32,000 bases of DNA from NCBI RefSeq assembly GCF_004376175.1, contig NZ_SNUY01000032.1, positions 1 to 32,000 of the forward strand, read 5' to 3'. The notes beneath the pieces are model-generated. The model did no database searches and was not told the origin of the DNA. It saw nothing but the letters and a program-made list of their open reading frames with translations. The position numbers were made by a program, and so were the translations under genes. Source of the DNA: Halalkalibacterium halodurans. GTDB taxonomy: Bacteria > Bacillota > Bacilli > Bacillales > Bacillaceae_D. How positions within the stretch are numbered: position 1 is the first letter of the stretch; the number at the start of each line of letters is the position of its first letter. Below are positions 15,552 to 25,562 of the stretch, piece by piece.

Positions 15552-16643
15552 TTACTTCGCTACCTCTTTCACAAGCATATGTAACTTTTCAGCAGATGTA
15601 GGCACCCCTAGTGCTTTGGCTGCTTGTTTCATCGCATCAAGTCGACCTGGCGTCACCATGATGTCATCGATATCTTGCAGTAAGCGATCCCCCGTAAGTT
15701 CAGATTCCTTTCGCAAGATTGCGGCATCCTTTTTGCTTAACGCTGCAGCATTTTTTTCTTGGTGATTGTTCGTTACATAAGGGCTCGGAATGAGAATGCT
15801 CGGCAGTCCTAGCGCCGTAATTTCCGCTAGTGTCGTTGCTCCTGCCCGGGCAACAATTAAGTCGACCGCAGAAAGAACGTCTGGCATGTTGTGAATGAAC
15901 GGTTGAACGATGACGTTTTCTGGTTGGCCTATACTCTTCATCTGTTCCTGTACACGCTCATAGTGGACCGTACCTGTGACATAAACAAACTGATAAGGTT
16001 TCGCCTTCACGTCGCTCAAGATTGACATAAACGCATCATTTATTGGACGAGCCCCTCGGCTCCCGCCAACAATCAGCACCGTTTTTTTATTCGGTTTAAT
16101 GCCAAGAGACCTTAGCCCTTCCTCGCGGTTGCCGCTCATCACTTCAGAAGCACGGGGATTGCCTGTAAAGACAACCTTGTTTTTCGGAAAAAACGCTTCG
16201 GCCTCCTTGAAACAAATCGCAATCCGATCCACATAGCGGCTCAAAAATTTATTTGTTAAACCTGGTACACTATTCTGTTCATGAATCACCGTAGGTATCT
16301 TGAGCTTTGCCGCTGCGTAAACAACAGGACCACATACGTACCCGCCCGTACCAATGACAACGTCTGGCTTAAATTCATTTAACAACGCCTTGGCTCGCTT
16401 TGTTCCACGCAAAAAGCGAACGACGGTTTTCACGTTTTCCATGGAGAGCTTACGCTGGAATCCAGTGATATGAATCGTTTGAAAAGGAATTCCTTCCCTT
16501 GGGACGATCTCGCTTTCAAGTCCCCGCTCTGTTCCAATATATAAAACATCGAGACGTTCGTCCCTTTTTTTTATCTCATTGATAAACGCGAGGGCTGGAT
16601 AAATATGTCCTCCTGTTCCCCCACCACTAACAACGATTTTCAT
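15552..16643 (-). CDS. murG: Lipid II-forming GlcNAc transferase MurG
   Basis: [20 protein letters not shown]... and the C-terminal ...RAGATT.AE..A.G.P.ILIP.P....NHQ..NA motif. I prefer the ATG at 16643, which gives 363 aa as in B. subtilis, over the track GTG at 16655. Confidence 0.95.
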   Translation of the reverse strand: MKIVVSGGGTGGHIYPALAFINEIKKRDERLDVLYIGTERGLESEIVPREGIPFQTIHITGFQRKLSMENVKTVVRFLRGTKRAKALLNEFKPDVVIGTGGYVCGPVVYAAAKLKIPTVIHEQNSVPGLTNKFLSRYVDRIAICFKEAEAFFPKNKVVFTGNPRASEVMSGNREEGLRSLGIKPNKKTVLIVGGSRGARPINDAFMSILSDVKAKPYQFVYVTGTVHYERVQEQMKSIGQPENVIVQPFIHNMPDVLSAVDLIVARAGATTLAEITALGLPSILIPSPYVTNNHQEKNAAALSKKDAAILRKESELTGDRLLQDIDDIMVTPGRLDAMKQAAKALGVPTSAEKLHMLVKEVAK

Positions 16644-16770
16644 GTTCAAAGACACCTTCTCTCTTTTTCCATTTTATCATGATTTAGGCTAGGTTTATAC
16701 CTGTATCGCACAAAGGCTAGTGTAAAAATGTGAAATACTCAAAAATTATTTCAAAGCGTGATCCACTCAT

Positions 16771-16804
16771 AAAAAAAAGGTCGAATGGGCAACCAGACGA
16801 CCTC
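16771..16804 (-). terminator. Intrinsic terminator after spoVE
   Basis: The minus-strand RNA is GAGGUCGUCUGG-UUG-CCAUUCGACCU followed by eight U. The stem is interrupted (GGUCG/CGACC plus UGG/CCA). Confidence 0.65.
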
Positions 16805-16813
16805 TAACTCGGT

Positions 16814-17914
16814 TTACGTTCGCGTATAACGCGAGACGTTAAGCAACACGCCGAGAGAGACGAGCATGAGTGTTAAACTTGATCCACCATAGCTCAAAAG
16901 TGGAAGGGTGATTCCTGTCACTGGCATGAGTCCTGTCACGACGCCAATGTTAATCATCACTTGGATGGCCACCATCGCGACGATCCCTGTGGCAAGAAAG
17001 CTCCCAAACAAATCTGGAGCCCCTAAGGCGATTCGTATGCCACGCCATAAGACGATCCCAAATAGAGCAATCACAAAACAGCCACCGAGAAAGCCTAACT
17101 CCTCCGATAATATCGCAAAAATAAAGTCGGTTTGTGGCTCGGGCAAGTAATAGTACTTTTGCCGACTTTCCCCTAGACCAAGACCGAGGAGTCCTCCTGG
17201 ACCGATCGCATAAAGGGATTGAATAATTTGAAATCCGCTCCCAAGGGGGTCTGACCATGGATCAAGAAAAGAGGTGATGCGCTTAATCCGGTATGGAGCC
17301 GAAATGATCAATGCTGCAAAACCAGCCATTCCGACAATGCCGAGCATGACGAAATGTAAAATCCTCGCACCGGCAACAAAAATCATCACCACACACGTAC
17401 CGACCATGACCGCGCCTGTTCCTAAATCAGGCTGGAGCATGATCATGCCAAAAGCAAGCATAACAAGGGATAACGAAGGGAGCAACCCTTTTTTAAACGA
17501 TGTGATTAATTTTTGATTTTCAGCCAAAAACTTAGCCAAAAAAACAATCATCGCCATTTTCATAAATTCTGAAGGCTGGATGGAGAACGCTCCTACACCG
17601 AGCCAGCTTCGTGCTCCACCGCGAACGAGACCAACCCCTGGAATGAGAACAATAATGAGCAAAACGAAGCAAACAATCACCATCAGTTTTGCCCATACGC
17701 GCCACGTCCAATATTCAACCCTCATCATAAAGAGCATGGCGATAAAACCAACACTCGCAAAAAAAAGCTGTCGCTTCGCAAAGAAAAACCCATCGTCAAA
17801 TCGGTAGGTAGCCCAAGCCTCACTCGCGCTGTAAACCATAATTAAGCCTATAATAAGTAAGGCTACCGTTGCGACAACGAGAAGGTAGTCTGGTGCTGCT
17901 TTTTGTCTTGGCAA
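16814..17914 (-). CDS. spoVE: SEDS-family sporulation peptidoglycan polymerase SpoVE
   Basis: ...PDYLLVVATVALLIIGLIMVYSAS...FAKRQL.F...GVGAFSIQPSEFMK.AMI.FLAKFL...PDLGTG.VMVGTC.VMIF.AGARI... is close to B. subtilis SpoVE. I prefer the TTG at 17914 (GAGGTG 6 nt upstream, 366 aa). The GTG at 17923 is the track alternative. Confidence 0.92.
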   Translation of the reverse strand: MPRQKAAPDYLLVVATVALLIIGLIMVYSASEAWATYRFDDGFFFAKRQLFFASVGFIAMLFMMRVEYWTWRVWAKLMVIVCFVLLIIVLIPGVGLVRGGARSWLGVGAFSIQPSEFMKMAMIVFLAKFLAENQKLITSFKKGLLPSLSLVMLAFGMIMLQPDLGTGAVMVGTCVVMIFVAGARILHFVMLGIVGMAGFAALIISAPYRIKRITSFLDPWSDPLGSGFQIIQSLYAIGPGGLLGLGLGESRQKYYYLPEPQTDFIFAILSEELGFLGGCFVIALFGIVLWRGIRIALGAPDLFGSFLATGIVAMVAIQVMINIGVVTGLMPVTGITLPLLSYGGSSLTLMLVSLGVLLNVSRYTRT

Positions 17915-17969
17915 TCGGAACACCTCATTTACTGAGTTTCGTTCGTACGGGACAAAGCCCCTCTACCAA

Positions 17970-17998
17970 ACTGTATGCGCCAGACAAACCGAACATGT
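17970..17998 (-). promoter_or_regulatory. Candidate sigma-E promoter for spoVE: ACATGTT, 14-nt spacer, CATACAGT
   Basis: On the minus strand the -10 CATACAGT (17977-17970) matches the sigma-E -10 consensus CATACAnT exactly. The -35-like ACATGTT is at 17998-17992 with a 14-nt spacer. It lies in the murD-spoVE intergenic region, where B. subtilis has sigma-E promoters. Confidence 0.5.
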
Positions 17999-18009
17999 CC
18001 TTTATTATC

Positions 18010-19362
18010 CTATTCTTGTAATCCCTCGATCGAAGTCACAAACGCCTCACCGCGCTCTTCAAACGTACGGTATTGATCCCAGCTCGCACATGCAGGCGAT
18101 AAAAGGATGACATCCCCATTCGCAGATACGTCTAATGCCTTACGTACTGCATCTTCTACCCGCTCAGCCTCCACGATCGTCTCAACGCCAGCTTCCATAG
18201 CTGCTTGTGCTAATTTATGCTTTGTTTCTCCAAAAAGCACGACCGCTTTCACCTTTTGTAGTGCTGGAATTAAGTCATCAAATGAGTTTCCTCGATCCAA
18301 CCCGCCTGCTAGCAATACAATAGGGTCAGTAAAGGATTGAATCGCCGCTGTAGTGGAGAGAATGTTTGTCGCTTTCGAATCGTTATACCATTTCCTCTCA
18401 AAAGCTGTCCCAACAAATTGCAGGCGGTGTTCCACACCAGAAAACGTGGACAATACATGATGAATTTGTTCCTTTGTCGCACCCATGAGCAAGGCAGCCG
18501 ACATAGCAGCTAATACGTTGTCCACATTGTGGTCTCCTGGCAATACGACATCGCCTTTTTCCACAATCTTTTCCCCTCTAAACATATAGGTTTCCCCATC
18601 AACATAGGCTCCGCTTTTGACGACGGTGGACCGTGAAAAAGGAATAGGTGTTGCCTTTGTTTCAGCGGCAACCTTGGAGACTAGCGGATCATCTGCGTTG
18701 TAGACAAAGTAGTCTTCCTCTTTCATGTTTTCAACAATTTTCTTTTTGGCCGCCACATAGTTTTCTTTCGAGCCGTGATAATCGAGATGGGCGTCAAAAA
18801 TATTTAAGAGGATCGCCACTTTAGGACGGAAATGGCTCGTCCCCATCAATTGGAAGCTGGACACTTCCATGACGATCACATCATCCGCCGTTGCTTCCCT
18901 AGCTACATCGGAAGCCACGACCCCAATGTTTCCTGCTACTTTCGGCTCTCGGGCACTTCCCTTCAGCATCTCCACAACTAAGGACGTCGTCGTCGTCTTC
19001 CCATTAGACCCTGTAATTGCGATGATCTCAGCTTCACTCACCTTAGATGCGAGCTCGACCTCGGTCACGACGGAGATCCCCCGTTTGATCGCTTCCTCAA
19101 CAATCGGATTATCATAGCGAATCCCTGGGTTTTTTACGACTAATTCTTTTCCATCAAGAAGAGAGGTTGGGTGTTCTCCACATACGACGTGAATCCCTTC
19201 CTTTTGCAGCTTTTGCGCTTGAGGGTTATCCGCCAACGGTTTTTGGTCATTTACGGTGACAATCGCGCCTAAATCATGGAGGAGACGGGCCGCGGCCTCT
19301 CCGCTTTTTGCCAAACCTAATACTAAAATATGTTTTTGATGAAATTGTTCTGTATGTTTCAT
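18010..19362 (-). CDS. murD: UDP-N-acetylmuramoylalanine--D-glutamate ligase MurD
   Basis: [28 protein letters not shown]...[10 protein letters not shown]...DNVLAA... is present. The ATG at 19362 overlaps the mraY stop (ATGA) and has GAGGTG 8 nt upstream. The track ORF is over-extended to 19440. Confidence 0.95.
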   Translation of the reverse strand: MKHTEQFHQKHILVLGLAKSGEAAARLLHDLGAIVTVNDQKPLADNPQAQKLQKEGIHVVCGEHPTSLLDGKELVVKNPGIRYDNPIVEEAIKRGISVVTEVELASKVSEAEIIAITGSNGKTTTTSLVVEMLKGSAREPKVAGNIGVVASDVAREATADDVIVMEVSSFQLMGTSHFRPKVAILLNIFDAHLDYHGSKENYVAAKKKIVENMKEEDYFVYNADDPLVSKVAAETKATPIPFSRSTVVKSGAYVDGETYMFRGEKIVEKGDVVLPGDHNVDNVLAAMSAALLMGATKEQIHHVLSTFSGVEHRLQFVGTAFERKWYNDSKATNILSTTAAIQSFTDPIVLLAGGLDRGNSFDDLIPALQKVKAVVLFGETKHKLAQAAMEAGVETIVEAERVEDAVRKALDVSANGDVILLSPACASWDQYRTFEERGEAFVTSIEGLQE

Positions 19363-20339
19363 GTTATCCACACCTCTAAATAGATCGCGAGCATAGCAAA
19401 TAGGAGACCGACCGTCCAAAACGTAACGACGACGCGCCATTCAGACCAACCTGAAAGCTCATAGTGATGGTGGAGCGGGCTCATTTTAAAAATCCGCTTT
19501 CCTCTCGTCTTAAAAGAAATGACTTGAATGATGACGGAAAGTGTTTCAATGACAAATACCCCGCCAATAATGATTAACAAGATTTCCTGCTTCGCCATAA
19601 TCGCAATGGCCGCAATGGCACCCCCAAGTGCGAGGGAACCTGTATCTCCCATAAACACTTTAGCCGGGTGGGAGTTGAACACAAGAAAGCCGAGTACGGC
19701 GCCAACAACAGCGGCAGAGAAGATCGCCACTTCAAAATAGTTAGTGGCCCAAGCAATGATCGCAAATGCACCGAATGCGATCGCACCAGTCCCTGCTACT
19801 AATCCATCAAGGCCATCTGTTAAATTGACCGCATTGGATGCACCAACAAGCATGACGATCACGAGAGGTAAATAAAACCACCCGAAATCAATCGAAAGGG
19901 ACGTCGCTGGAATCGTCACCTCTGTAGAGAGACCCATGTTTCTTAGGCCTAAATAAAACAGGACAGCGACAACCAGTTGTCCGATCAATTTTTGCTTAGA
20001 TGTAAGCCCTAAGTTTCTTTTCATGACCACTTTAATAAAGTCATCAATAAATCCGAGAACACCGAAGCCGATTGTCACTAATAGTAAAAGCAAGACGTCC
20101 ATTGATAAAGATAGAAATTGAAACGAGACGAACAAGGATGACACGAGGATGGATAGAAGGATCATTAAACCCCCCATCGTCGGCGTCCCGCTCTTTTTTT
20201 GATGTGATTTTGGTCCTTCTTCACGAATGCTTTGCCCAAACTTAAGCCTGCGTAAAAACGGGATAAAGATAGGTGACAAAATGACCGTAATCACAAAGGA
20301 CAGAATAAGGGTTAAAAGTAAGACACGTTCTAGCATCAT
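19359..20339 (-). CDS. mraY: Phospho-N-acetylmuramoyl-pentapeptide transferase MraY
   Basis: ...[32 protein letters not shown]...[12 protein letters not shown]...[12 protein letters not shown]...[18 protein letters not shown] is near-identical to B. subtilis MraY. Confidence 0.97.
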   Translation of the reverse strand: MMLERVLLLTLILSFVITVILSPIFIPFLRRLKFGQSIREEGPKSHQKKSGTPTMGGLMILLSILVSSLFVSFQFLSLSMDVLLLLLVTIGFGVLGFIDDFIKVVMKRNLGLTSKQKLIGQLVVAVLFYLGLRNMGLSTEVTIPATSLSIDFGWFYLPLVIVMLVGASNAVNLTDGLDGLVAGTGAIAFGAFAIIAWATNYFEVAIFSAAVVGAVLGFLVFNSHPAKVFMGDTGSLALGGAIAAIAIMAKQEILLIIIGGVFVIETLSVIIQVISFKTRGKRIFKMSPLHHHYELSGWSEWRVVVTFWTVGLLFAMLAIYLEVWIT

Positions 20340-20343
20340 TTGG

Positions 20344-21702
20344 TTATCCCTCCTCCCGTTTCAATTTATCTACAATCGATTCCAATTCCAATCCCCGAGA
20401 GGCTTTGAATAAAACGACTGTTTTTCCATCTAATAAACCTTCAATATAGTCCGTCGCTTCCTCTTTCTCAACAAACGAAACGAAAGGAATATTGCTCCCT
20501 CTTCGCTTCATCTCATCCGCTATCCACTGACCTTTTTCCCCAACAAGGACCGCGGTCGTTATCGGCTCTGTTATTTCATCGGCAACCGAGCGATGCAATG
20601 CTTCTTCATCTATTCCTAGCTCGTAAATATCTCCTAAAACAGCAACCTTCTTTTCATAGTTCGGATATGCCTTTAACGTCTTGATCGCTGCTTTCATTGA
20701 AGTCGGACTAGCATTATAGGCGTCATTTAAAAGAAGGGCTCCCTTTTGACCTTCGACCTTTTCAAGCCGCATCTTTGAAATTGCTACACTCTCTAATGAT
20801 CTAGCGACTTGCTCCGGTGAAAGTCCGAGGTGTAGTGCTACGCTGACAGCGTATGCTGCATTCTTAACATTATGCTCACCAATCAGTTTGATGTCATAAG
20901 AATGATCATCAATGGTGAACGAATAGCCATCTTCACGAGCTTCTAGATCGTGAATCACGATTTTATTTTCCGAAGAGAATCCAACCGTTTGCACGCCTTC
21001 TTTCACATAAGGAGAAAGCAACGGTTCATCACCGTCGAGAAATAGGACACCTGTTGGCTTTAAGCCGAGGGCAATTTCCATTTTTGCTTTTGCAATGTTC
21101 TCGCGGCTCCCTAGCTGTTCAAGGTGAGATTCTCCTATGTTCGTTACGACAGCAATATCCGGGGTTGCTAGTTTACTTAACAGTTCAATTTCCCCTAACC
21201 CGCTCATCCCCATTTCTAAAATGAGTGTTTGACAATTAGCTGGCATGGAAAGCACCGTTAACGGCAGCCCGATATGATTATTGTAATTCCCTTGCGTTTT
21301 ATAAATAGAGCCTAACGGAGCAAGAGTCGCATAGAGTAAGTCTTTCACTGTCGTTTTCCCATTGCTTCCCGTTACGGCTACAACTGTTGGTTCTGTTTGC
21401 CGCAAATAAGCTTTCGCCATCGCTTGTAGCGCAAATAGGGTATCATTTACGAACAAAAGGCGATCCTCATTTTTTAATGACTCAGGTACCGGAACAGAAG
21501 TAGCCCAAAGTGAAGCTTGTGCTCCCTTAGATAGCGCTTGTTCCACATAATCATGACCATCAAATCTCTCACCGATAAGCGGAACAAAAAGGTTCCCTTC
21601 TTGAATCGTGCGTGTGTCGGTCGATACCCCGGTAAACGAGAGTGGAGCAGATGGGTTGTTTTTCGTAATGATCCCTTTTAAAAGCTGTGTTGATATACTC
21701 AT
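20344..21702 (-). CDS. murF: UDP-MurNAc-tripeptide--D-alanyl-D-alanine ligase MurF
   Basis: Has Mur-ligase motifs: VSTDTR....[24 protein letters not shown] and [12 protein letters not shown] prefer the ATG at 21702, which overlaps the murE stop (ATGA) and has AGGAG 8 nt upstream. The ATG at 21708 is an alternative. Confidence 0.9.
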   Translation of the reverse strand: MSISTQLLKGIITKNNPSAPLSFTGVSTDTRTIQEGNLFVPLIGERFDGHDYVEQALSKGAQASLWATSVPVPESLKNEDRLLFVNDTLFALQAMAKAYLRQTEPTVVAVTGSNGKTTVKDLLYATLAPLGSIYKTQGNYNNHIGLPLTVLSMPANCQTLILEMGMSGLGEIELLSKLATPDIAVVTNIGESHLEQLGSRENIAKAKMEIALGLKPTGVLFLDGDEPLLSPYVKEGVQTVGFSSENKIVIHDLEAREDGYSFTIDDHSYDIKLIGEHNVKNAAYAVSVALHLGLSPEQVARSLESVAISKMRLEKVEGQKGALLLNDAYNASPTSMKAAIKTLKAYPNYEKKVAVLGDIYELGIDEEALHRSVADEITEPITTAVLVGEKGQWIADEMKRRGSNIPFVSFVEKEEATDYIEGLLDGKTVVLFKASRGLELESIVDKLKREEG

Positions 21703-23159
21703 GTCCATCGCTCCTTAATCGCTTGTTGAGCTACGATCCGATCGTCGAAATCAATCGTTCGATCACGGAACTGCTGATACGATTCATGTCCTTTTCCTGC
21801 AATCACGATAATATCGTCTTCTTTCGCCAATTCAATCGCTTTAAAGATCGCTTCTTTTCGGTCTTCAATCATAAGATAGGAATCACCTTTGGCCCCCTGC
21901 TCCATATCACGCAAAATATCCATCGGCTCTTCACTGCGAGGATTATCTGATGTGAAAATCGCTTGATCCGCAAAGGTTGTGGCAATTTCCGCCATGACCG
22001 GACGCTTGGTCTTATCTCTGTCGCCACCGCAGCCTACAACGACCCGCACGTCTCCTTTCGCCAATTCGCCAACCGTCTTCAGTACATTTTCGAGACTATC
22101 AGGCGTATGAGCATAGTCGACAATGACCGTAAAAGGTTGATCATGCTTCACCGTTTCGAATCGTCCCGCTACTCCTTTGACTTCCTCTAAACTCTTCTTT
22201 ATCTCCTGTAATGGAACACCGCTCACATAAGCGGCGGCAGCGGCTGCTAAAACATTGTATACACTAAATTTTCCGATTAGATGAATCGATATCTCCATGC
22301 GCTCGTCGAAAGCAGCAAGCTCAAATGTCGTTCCAGTGGAGGTAATTCGAACATTTTCCGCCTGGAAATCGGCTTCGTTCTCAATACCATAAGTAACGAC
22401 TTGAGCGATCGTCATCTCAGCGAAATCAGCAGAGGCTGGATCGTCCGCGTTTAAGACAGCTACTTTTCCTCGGTACGTATTGCCGAGTTGGGCAAAGAGT
22501 AACCCCTTGGCAAATTTATACCGCTCCATCGTTCCATGGTAGTCTAAGTGATCAGGGGTTAAATTGGAGAAGACGGCCACATCAAAATCACAGCCACGCA
22601 CTCGTCCCGATTGAAGGGCATGGGAGGAAACTTCCATCATCGCCGTCGTCACTCCAGACTTTTTCATGTCAGCAAATGTTCGTTGCAACACGAGGGACTC
22701 TGGTGTTGTGTTTTTCGTCTCCCTGAGCTCATGACCGATTTTCGTGTACATCGTTCCTATGAGCCCTGTCATCTTCCCTTGATCCTGCATTATTTTTTCA
22801 ATCAAATGGGTAATCGTAGTTTTACCATTCGTTCCTGTAACACCGATGAGCTGCAGATCATTTGTCGGTTCACCGTAAAACTTTGTCGCCACTTGAGCCA
22901 TCGCTCGACGTGAATCTCTGACGACAACAACAGGAACGGAAAGTTCAAGCGGTCTCTCACTAACGACCGCAACTGCTCCGTTGCTTACTGCTTGCTGGGC
23001 GTAATCATGACCATCAACCGTATACCCTTTGATGCAGAAAAACAGCCCACCTTCTACAACTTCACGTGAATCCATATGTATTGAATGAATGTCTGGATTT
23101 CCCTCATGTATCATTTTATATCCATACAAGGAATCCAGTAAGGAAACTAATTTTACCAT
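21699..23159 (-). CDS. murE: UDP-MurNAc-L-Ala-D-Glu--2,6-diaminopimelate ligase MurE
   Basis: Has GVTGTNGKTT, DYAHTPD and the DNPR motif (FTSDNPRSEEP), which is associated with meso-DAP specificity. Confidence 0.95.
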   Translation of the reverse strand: MVKLVSLLDSLYGYKMIHEGNPDIHSIHMDSREVVEGGLFFCIKGYTVDGHDYAQQAVSNGAVAVVSERPLELSVPVVVVRDSRRAMAQVATKFYGEPTNDLQLIGVTGTNGKTTITHLIEKIMQDQGKMTGLIGTMYTKIGHELRETKNTTPESLVLQRTFADMKKSGVTTAMMEVSSHALQSGRVRGCDFDVAVFSNLTPDHLDYHGTMERYKFAKGLLFAQLGNTYRGKVAVLNADDPASADFAEMTIAQVVTYGIENEADFQAENVRITSTGTTFELAAFDERMEISIHLIGKFSVYNVLAAAAAAYVSGVPLQEIKKSLEEVKGVAGRFETVKHDQPFTVIVDYAHTPDSLENVLKTVGELAKGDVRVVVGCGGDRDKTKRPVMAEIATTFADQAIFTSDNPRSEEPMDILRDMEQGAKGDSYLMIEDRKEAIFKAIELAKEDDIIVIAGKGHESYQQFRDRTIDFDDRIVAQQAIKERWT

Positions 23160-23365
23160 ACATCATTACCTCACAATATTGGCTTTTATTTAAACTTAAA
23201 AATGAGCGCCACATCAATCTTACGTATCCACCCATCTATTGTAAAGACCTAATTTTATGTAAACTGAAATGTCGTCAAGGAAAATTGTCGCTCAGCATCA
23301 AATTCATCCGCAGGAGCCAGCCCTTTTTATTTGGCTGAAGTAAATAAACGCATGTACGTTCTCGT

Positions 23366-23422
23366 GAAAAAATAGAAGGAGAAGAGAAAGCGGCTATCCG
23401 TCATTCTCTCCTTTTCCCTTCT
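23366..23422 (-). terminator. Possible terminator after spoVD (imperfect purine/pyrimidine hairpin plus U tract)
   Basis: In minus-strand RNA, AGAAGGGAAAAGGAGAGAA ... UUUCUCUUCUCCUUCU is followed by AUUUUUU. The stem is in two parts with a bulge. Confidence 0.35.
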
Positions 23423-23446
23423 TTGTTAAAACGTATCTCTTTTATT

Positions 23447-25381
23447 TTAATCTGTAGGCTCTGTGTCGTCATCCATGTAAAGCCGTATCGTCGATCCAAC
23501 CGCCACTTTCGTCCCTGGCTCTGGTGCTTGAGCGACGACAACATCCCCTTTACCATCTGCATCAATTTTAAGTTCATAATACGATTCATGAAGGTCTCTC
23601 TTCGTTCGGCCGACCAAATCAGGAACTTCGACTAAAGGTTCGTCGTTCCATTTCGGCTCTTTTTCAATCTGATTTTCTCGCTTTTCAATACCAAGTGCTT
23701 GCAAACTATCGCCAATAATCTTTCCAACAATTGGCGCAGCGACAACACCACCGAACTGGACCGTATCTTTCGGGTTATCGATTGCAACGTATACAACAAT
23801 TTGCGGGTCATCTGCTGGAGCGAACCCGATAAACGAGACAATATGATTGTTCTCTAAGTATCGTCCATCTTTCGCTTTCTGTGCCGTACCGGTTTTCCCT
23901 CCCACTCGATATCCGTCCACAAACGCACCTTGTCCCGTTCCACGTGCAACAACACTTTCTAATGCATAGCGAACTTCTTTTGACGTCTCTTCTGAGATAA
24001 TTTGTCGCCTCATTTTCGGGGCACTTGACTCGACGACTTCTCCTGTATATGGATCAACCCAGTCCTTTGCTACGTAAGGTTCGTACAAATAACCGCCGTT
24101 CACTGCCGCAGAGACAGCTGCTACTTGCTGTATGGGCGTAACCGACACCCCTTGACCGAAGGCTGTCGTTGCTTGCTCGAGGGGGCCAATCCGATCCCGG
24201 TTAAAAATAATTCCTTTCGCTTCACCTTGTAGGTCAATGCCCGTTTTCTGACCAAAGCCAAACGCTTCAATGTAATCAAACAGCCGATCCTTTCCAAGAC
24301 GTTCCCCTAGAACGACAAAGCCTGGGTTGCATGAATTCTCTACGACTTCTAAAAAGGTTTGGCTCCCGTGGCCTCCTTTTTTCCAGCATCGGAGACGGTG
24401 TCCTGCCACCTCAATAAACCCTGGATCATGGAACCTATCGTTCGTAAGGTCGACCTCGTTTTCTTCGAGCGCAGCCGCAAGTGTAATAATTTTAAAAGTA
24501 GAGCCTGGCTCATATTGCATCCAAATCGGCTTGTTTTGGTTGTATACTTCAGGGGGAACCTCTCGGAAGTTTTCAGGGTTATAATGTGGCCGACTGCTCA
24601 TCCCTAAAATTTCTCCAGTATTGGGGTTCATCGCAATTGCGATCGCGCCATCAGGGGAATAGGTAGCTTCAGCAATATCCAGCTCTCGTTCAATAATCGT
24701 TTGAACCCTGCTGTCAATCGTCAATCGTAAATTTAAGCCGTTGATAGGAGCAGTATATTCGTCAGCCAAATTAGGTAACCGTTGGCCTTTGGCGTCGGAA
24801 AAAAAGGAAACATGTCCTTTCTCTCCCTTTAGCTGCTCATCATAATAAAGCTCCAATCCCGTGAGTCCTTGGTTATCAATACCAGCAAACCCAAGAACGT
24901 GGGACAAATAGCTTCCAAACGGGTAATGACGCTTGCTGTCTTCGGCAATGTAAACACCAGGAAGCCTGAGCTTCCGTACCTCATTGGCCTTGTCTTTTGA
25001 GATTTTACGTCCTTCTGGATTCAACCGAACGATTGACTCTCTTTTTGTAATTAATTCATACGCTTTTTGCCTGTCCATTTGCAAAACATTGGCTAACTTC
25101 TCAGCCGTCTCCGTTGGATCTTTCACTTGACGAGGAACGACGAGAATGGATGGTGCACTAACATTTGTCGCCAAGACAACGTCGTTTCGATCGGTGATCT
25201 CTCCTCGTTTCGCTTCAAATGGCACATCCCTACTCCATGAGTCTTGTGCTTGACCTGTTAACCAATCACCCAAGGCAAATTGAACGTACCCGAGTCGTAG
25301 CATAATAATAAGAAAGGCTGCTAATCCAACCAAAAGAACGAAGATGAGACGTCTTCGGACAGTGACATTTGACACTCGCAC
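23447..25381 (-). CDS. spoVD: Sporulation-specific class B penicillin-binding protein SpoVD
   Basis: (M)RVSNVTVRRRLIFVLL...DSWSR..PFE..RGEI.DRN... has STFK, SCN and KTGTA motifs and a single C-terminal PASTA domain. It is collinear with B. subtilis SpoVD. GTG start with GGAGG 8 nt upstream. Confidence 0.93.
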   Translation of the reverse strand: MRVSNVTVRRRLIFVLLVGLAAFLIIMLRLGYVQFALGDWLTGQAQDSWSRDVPFEAKRGEITDRNDVVLATNVSAPSILVVPRQVKDPTETAEKLANVLQMDRQKAYELITKRESIVRLNPEGRKISKDKANEVRKLRLPGVYIAEDSKRHYPFGSYLSHVLGFAGIDNQGLTGLELYYDEQLKGEKGHVSFFSDAKGQRLPNLADEYTAPINGLNLRLTIDSRVQTIIERELDIAEATYSPDGAIAIAMNPNTGEILGMSSRPHYNPENFREVPPEVYNQNKPIWMQYEPGSTFKIITLAAALEENEVDLTNDRFHDPGFIEVAGHRLRCWKKGGHGSQTFLEVVENSCNPGFVVLGERLGKDRLFDYIEAFGFGQKTGIDLQGEAKGIIFNRDRIGPLEQATTAFGQGVSVTPIQQVAAVSAAVNGGYLYEPYVAKDWVDPYTGEVVESSAPKMRRQIISEETSKEVRYALESVVARGTGQGAFVDGYRVGGKTGTAQKAKDGRYLENNHIVSFIGFAPADDPQIVVYVAIDNPKDTVQFGGVVAAPIVGKIIGDSLQALGIEKRENQIEKEPKWNDEPLVEVPDLVGRTKRDLHESYYELKIDADGKGDVVVAQAPEPGTKVAVGSTIRLYMDDDTEPTD

Positions 25382-25562
25382 AGCAAGTACCTCCCCGGTT
25401 CAATTCTGCGAAAGCCCGCTTTCCTTTCCTACCATCCTAGGAACATTTTGATAGCGGAATTGAAGAGGGCCGATCAATCAACCATCGACCCCCTCCAAGA
25501 AGTAGGCTTGTTTCAACTTATTCGAATAGGGAGTTGTTTATGCGAATCGTTATACGCTTTTC

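Noticed and set aside
16950-17258. A 102-aa minus-strand ORF in an alternative frame inside spoVE. There is also a 70-aa ORF at 19574-19786 inside mraY and a 69-aa ORF at 23632-23841 inside spoVD.
   Set aside because: These are out-of-frame ORFs nested within strongly conserved genes. They have Arg/Ser-rich composition and nothing supports independent expression.
23327-23404. A 25-codon minus-strand micro-ORF (MTDSRFLFSFYFFTRTYMRLFTSAK) just after spoVD, with AAGGAGAGA upstream.
   Set aside because: The SD-like purines are the 5' arm of the putative terminator hairpin and sit only about 3 nt from the ATG. The ORF is most simply a by-product of the purine/pyrimidine hairpin.
25470-25510. An interrupted hairpin (GAGGG/CCCTC plus CGAT/ATCG) in the pbpB-spoVD spacer, considered as a pbpB terminator. 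I also searched for a sigma-E promoter for spoVD there.
   Set aside because: The stem is short and interrupted and has no U tract on the minus strand. The best -10-like CATAAACA has no acceptable -35 at sigma-E spacing. Neither can be supported from sequence alone.
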